A DNA stretch of 64,000 bases from Neoechinorhynchus agilis (Eukaryota > Animalia > Acanthocephala). The notes under the pieces are model-generated. The model was not told where the DNA came from and searched no databases. It saw only the letters and a program-made list of their open reading frames with translations. Positions 62,283-64,000 of the stretch are shown here, piece by piece. Within the stretch, counting starts at the first letter, position 1, and each line of letters starts with the position of its first letter. The stretch lies in NCBI GenBank assembly GCA_051530055.1, contig CM121342.1:16135480-16199479 (forward strand), written 5' to 3'. The translations under genes and the position numbers were made by a program.

Positions 62283-63990
62283 TCAGTTGTTAATTTTGCA
62301 TTTTTCGATTCCACACGAGGGAGCCGTGCCTATGACGCTGGCCGTATTCCCTCGTTGTATGGCCATGCTGATTTTTTGAATTAGGTATGACCTTTGATTG
62401 CGATCACCTGTGGCCTTAATCATGAGTTTCCCCAGCTCGTCGCAGAATTTGAGAGCTGACTCACCGAACGAACCATTCGTTTCCACCCCGAAAGGAAGAT
62501 GTGAGACTTGCTCAACTCCAGGTATTTTGTCATCTTCCTCCTTTCACCCGCTGTCGCTGCCCCTCCCGTTATGGACGAAGCATCACTTTGGTTGGAGGGC
62601 GCCAGTGAATCGGCACACGTCGCGTCCCAGATGAGGCATTTTCCTTCCATGGAAATATAATCATACCATCGGGACGCTTTCTGTCGGAGCGACATAGGTG
62701 ATTTGGTTCCAATACGTTCGGTGCATTCAGTGAGTAGAGGGCTCTGCTGATAATATTATTTATCTCCGCGTGTCTCGCGATTTGTTCGCTGGATATTTTG
62801 CAGTGGAGACCATATCGTCTTGACTCATCGACCTCGGCACCACATCTGCATTTGTGAGGCGCACACGACAGCACTCCCAACCTGAAAGCGACGACAATTC
62901 TAACCGACTGTAAAGAAATTAATCATTATTGTTTCAATTAGCGATATTCACTCAGAAATAGATTTATATTGAAAATTTTCGGCCTTTTCGTTGGCCTTCT
63001 TCAGTCAGATTGTTTCGCAAGTTTGTCGCGAAACAATCTGACTGAAGAAGGCCAACGAAAAGGCCGAAAATTTTCAATATAAATCTATTTCTGAGTGAAT
63101 ATCGCTAATTGAAATTGAAACCCTAATCGACTGGTCATCGAGGCGTGTTCCGAGAGAAATTATTGGCAGTGCGTTCAGCCAGGCCCCAGACTCTTTCGAA
63201 GAGCTTGCCACTAGTCGTGCTTGAGAAGCCACGTCGAGTTTCCCTTTTAGTGTGTTCTCGACGAGGGTCTTGTCCCAAACCGACTGCTTATGGCTATTCT
63301 CTGGAGCTTTTTCGAAACCTGCCTTGTTGAGCCAGCACGAAATTGTGCCGAATTCGGTGTCGCCGTTATCCATATCCGTCTGGAGTAATATGGCATTGAC
63401 CATTTTTTTAGTACTGTGTACCGACGCGAGGAAAGCAGGGAGAGCGAGTTCTGTTACACTTCGTAGGCCCAATCCTCCATACGCTACTGGAAGTGTTGCT
63501 TGCTACCATGTCTCGTCGGAAAATTGCGTATTAATTACTCTCTGCAGTTGCGTCCTTAACATTGAGTCGAACCGAAGCAACTCAGTGAAATGCTCAAAAT
63601 ATGGGGCCGATCGCAATTTGTAGAGCATTTTCGGAATGTACAGGCAATTCCTCAAAAGGAACAAAGCCTCGTGAAGACATAAGTAGAAATGAAGTATGTT
63701 TATCCGACCTAATAAGCAAACTAAGACCCTATTGTTGAAATGCACATAAAACGGACTCTTATTCGCTTATTTTAATATTTTACATTTTTTATGAATCCGA
63801 CGCTTTCGAGTCCTTTCAACAAGTCGACCATCTTGGATGGCAGAGCCATCGCCGTAATGCTCCTCACGACCCGGATTCTCAACTCCGCGCGAAATGCTCC
63901 GAGAAGCTGGAGGACGGCGATCGTGTGCCGTTCGACTTGTAAGCGGAACGGACCGCCTACTCGCGCCGAACAAGGACATCCTCGACTCTT
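62283..63990 (-). mobile_element. CRE-clade non-LTR retrotransposon (frameshifted), interrupted by a palindromic insert
   Basis: PKMLYKLRSAP, GLRSVTELALPAFLAS, SGAWLNALP, HKCRCGAEVD, RHAEINNII, RPDG, WDATC, QKISMAIQRGNTASV. Confidence 0.88.
62932..63114. repeat. Perfect 87-bp inverted repeat with a hammerhead core in each arm
   Basis: 62932-63018 is the exact reverse complement of 63028-63114; CTGAAGA(63042)-A-GGCC-AACGAAAA-GGCC-GAAA-AT-TT. Confidence 0.9.
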
Positions 63991-64000
63991 TAAAATTGAA

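Noticed and set aside
1-64000. CRISPR arrays, rRNA or tRNA genes; species assignment
   Set aside because: No regularly spaced repeat-spacer array or recognisable rRNA/tRNA was seen by eye. Features resemble several compact-genome animal lineages, so no organism is claimed.

Overview
AT-rich, compact animal genomic DNA with short (about 43-55 nt) spliceosomal introns and many transposon relics; the species cannot be determined from this window. Host genes: serotonin transporter (SERT-like), POU4, an abLIM/dematin-like villin-headpiece protein, TRMT44, integrin beta, SECISBP2L-like, Bicaudal-D, TMEM272-like, HGS/Hrs, DJ-1, a ZC3H3-like CCCH protein and a bacterial-type (Bacteroidota-like) arginine deiminase. 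Mobile DNA: six CRE-clade fragments, three CR1/L2-group LINE copies, a Penelope-like element, a short-LTR Gypsy element, a Tc1-type MITE and several palindromes carrying hammerhead ribozyme cores. Main observation: five otherwise open, conserved genes (TRMT44 x2, SECISBP2L, BicD x2, ZC3H3-like, ADI x2) are broken inside conserved motifs by 43-893 nt inserts. These inserts have inverted repeats, most have short flanking direct repeats, and six of the eight have no convincing GT/GC-AG boundaries (both BicD inserts have possible canonical alternatives). Precise removal restores the conserved protein. This suggests a class of non-canonical, hairpin/transposon-derived introns (or DNA-level excision) coexisting with ordinary introns. 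All analyses were done by eye and by hand translation; no database searches were run, and homology calls rest on recalled family motifs.
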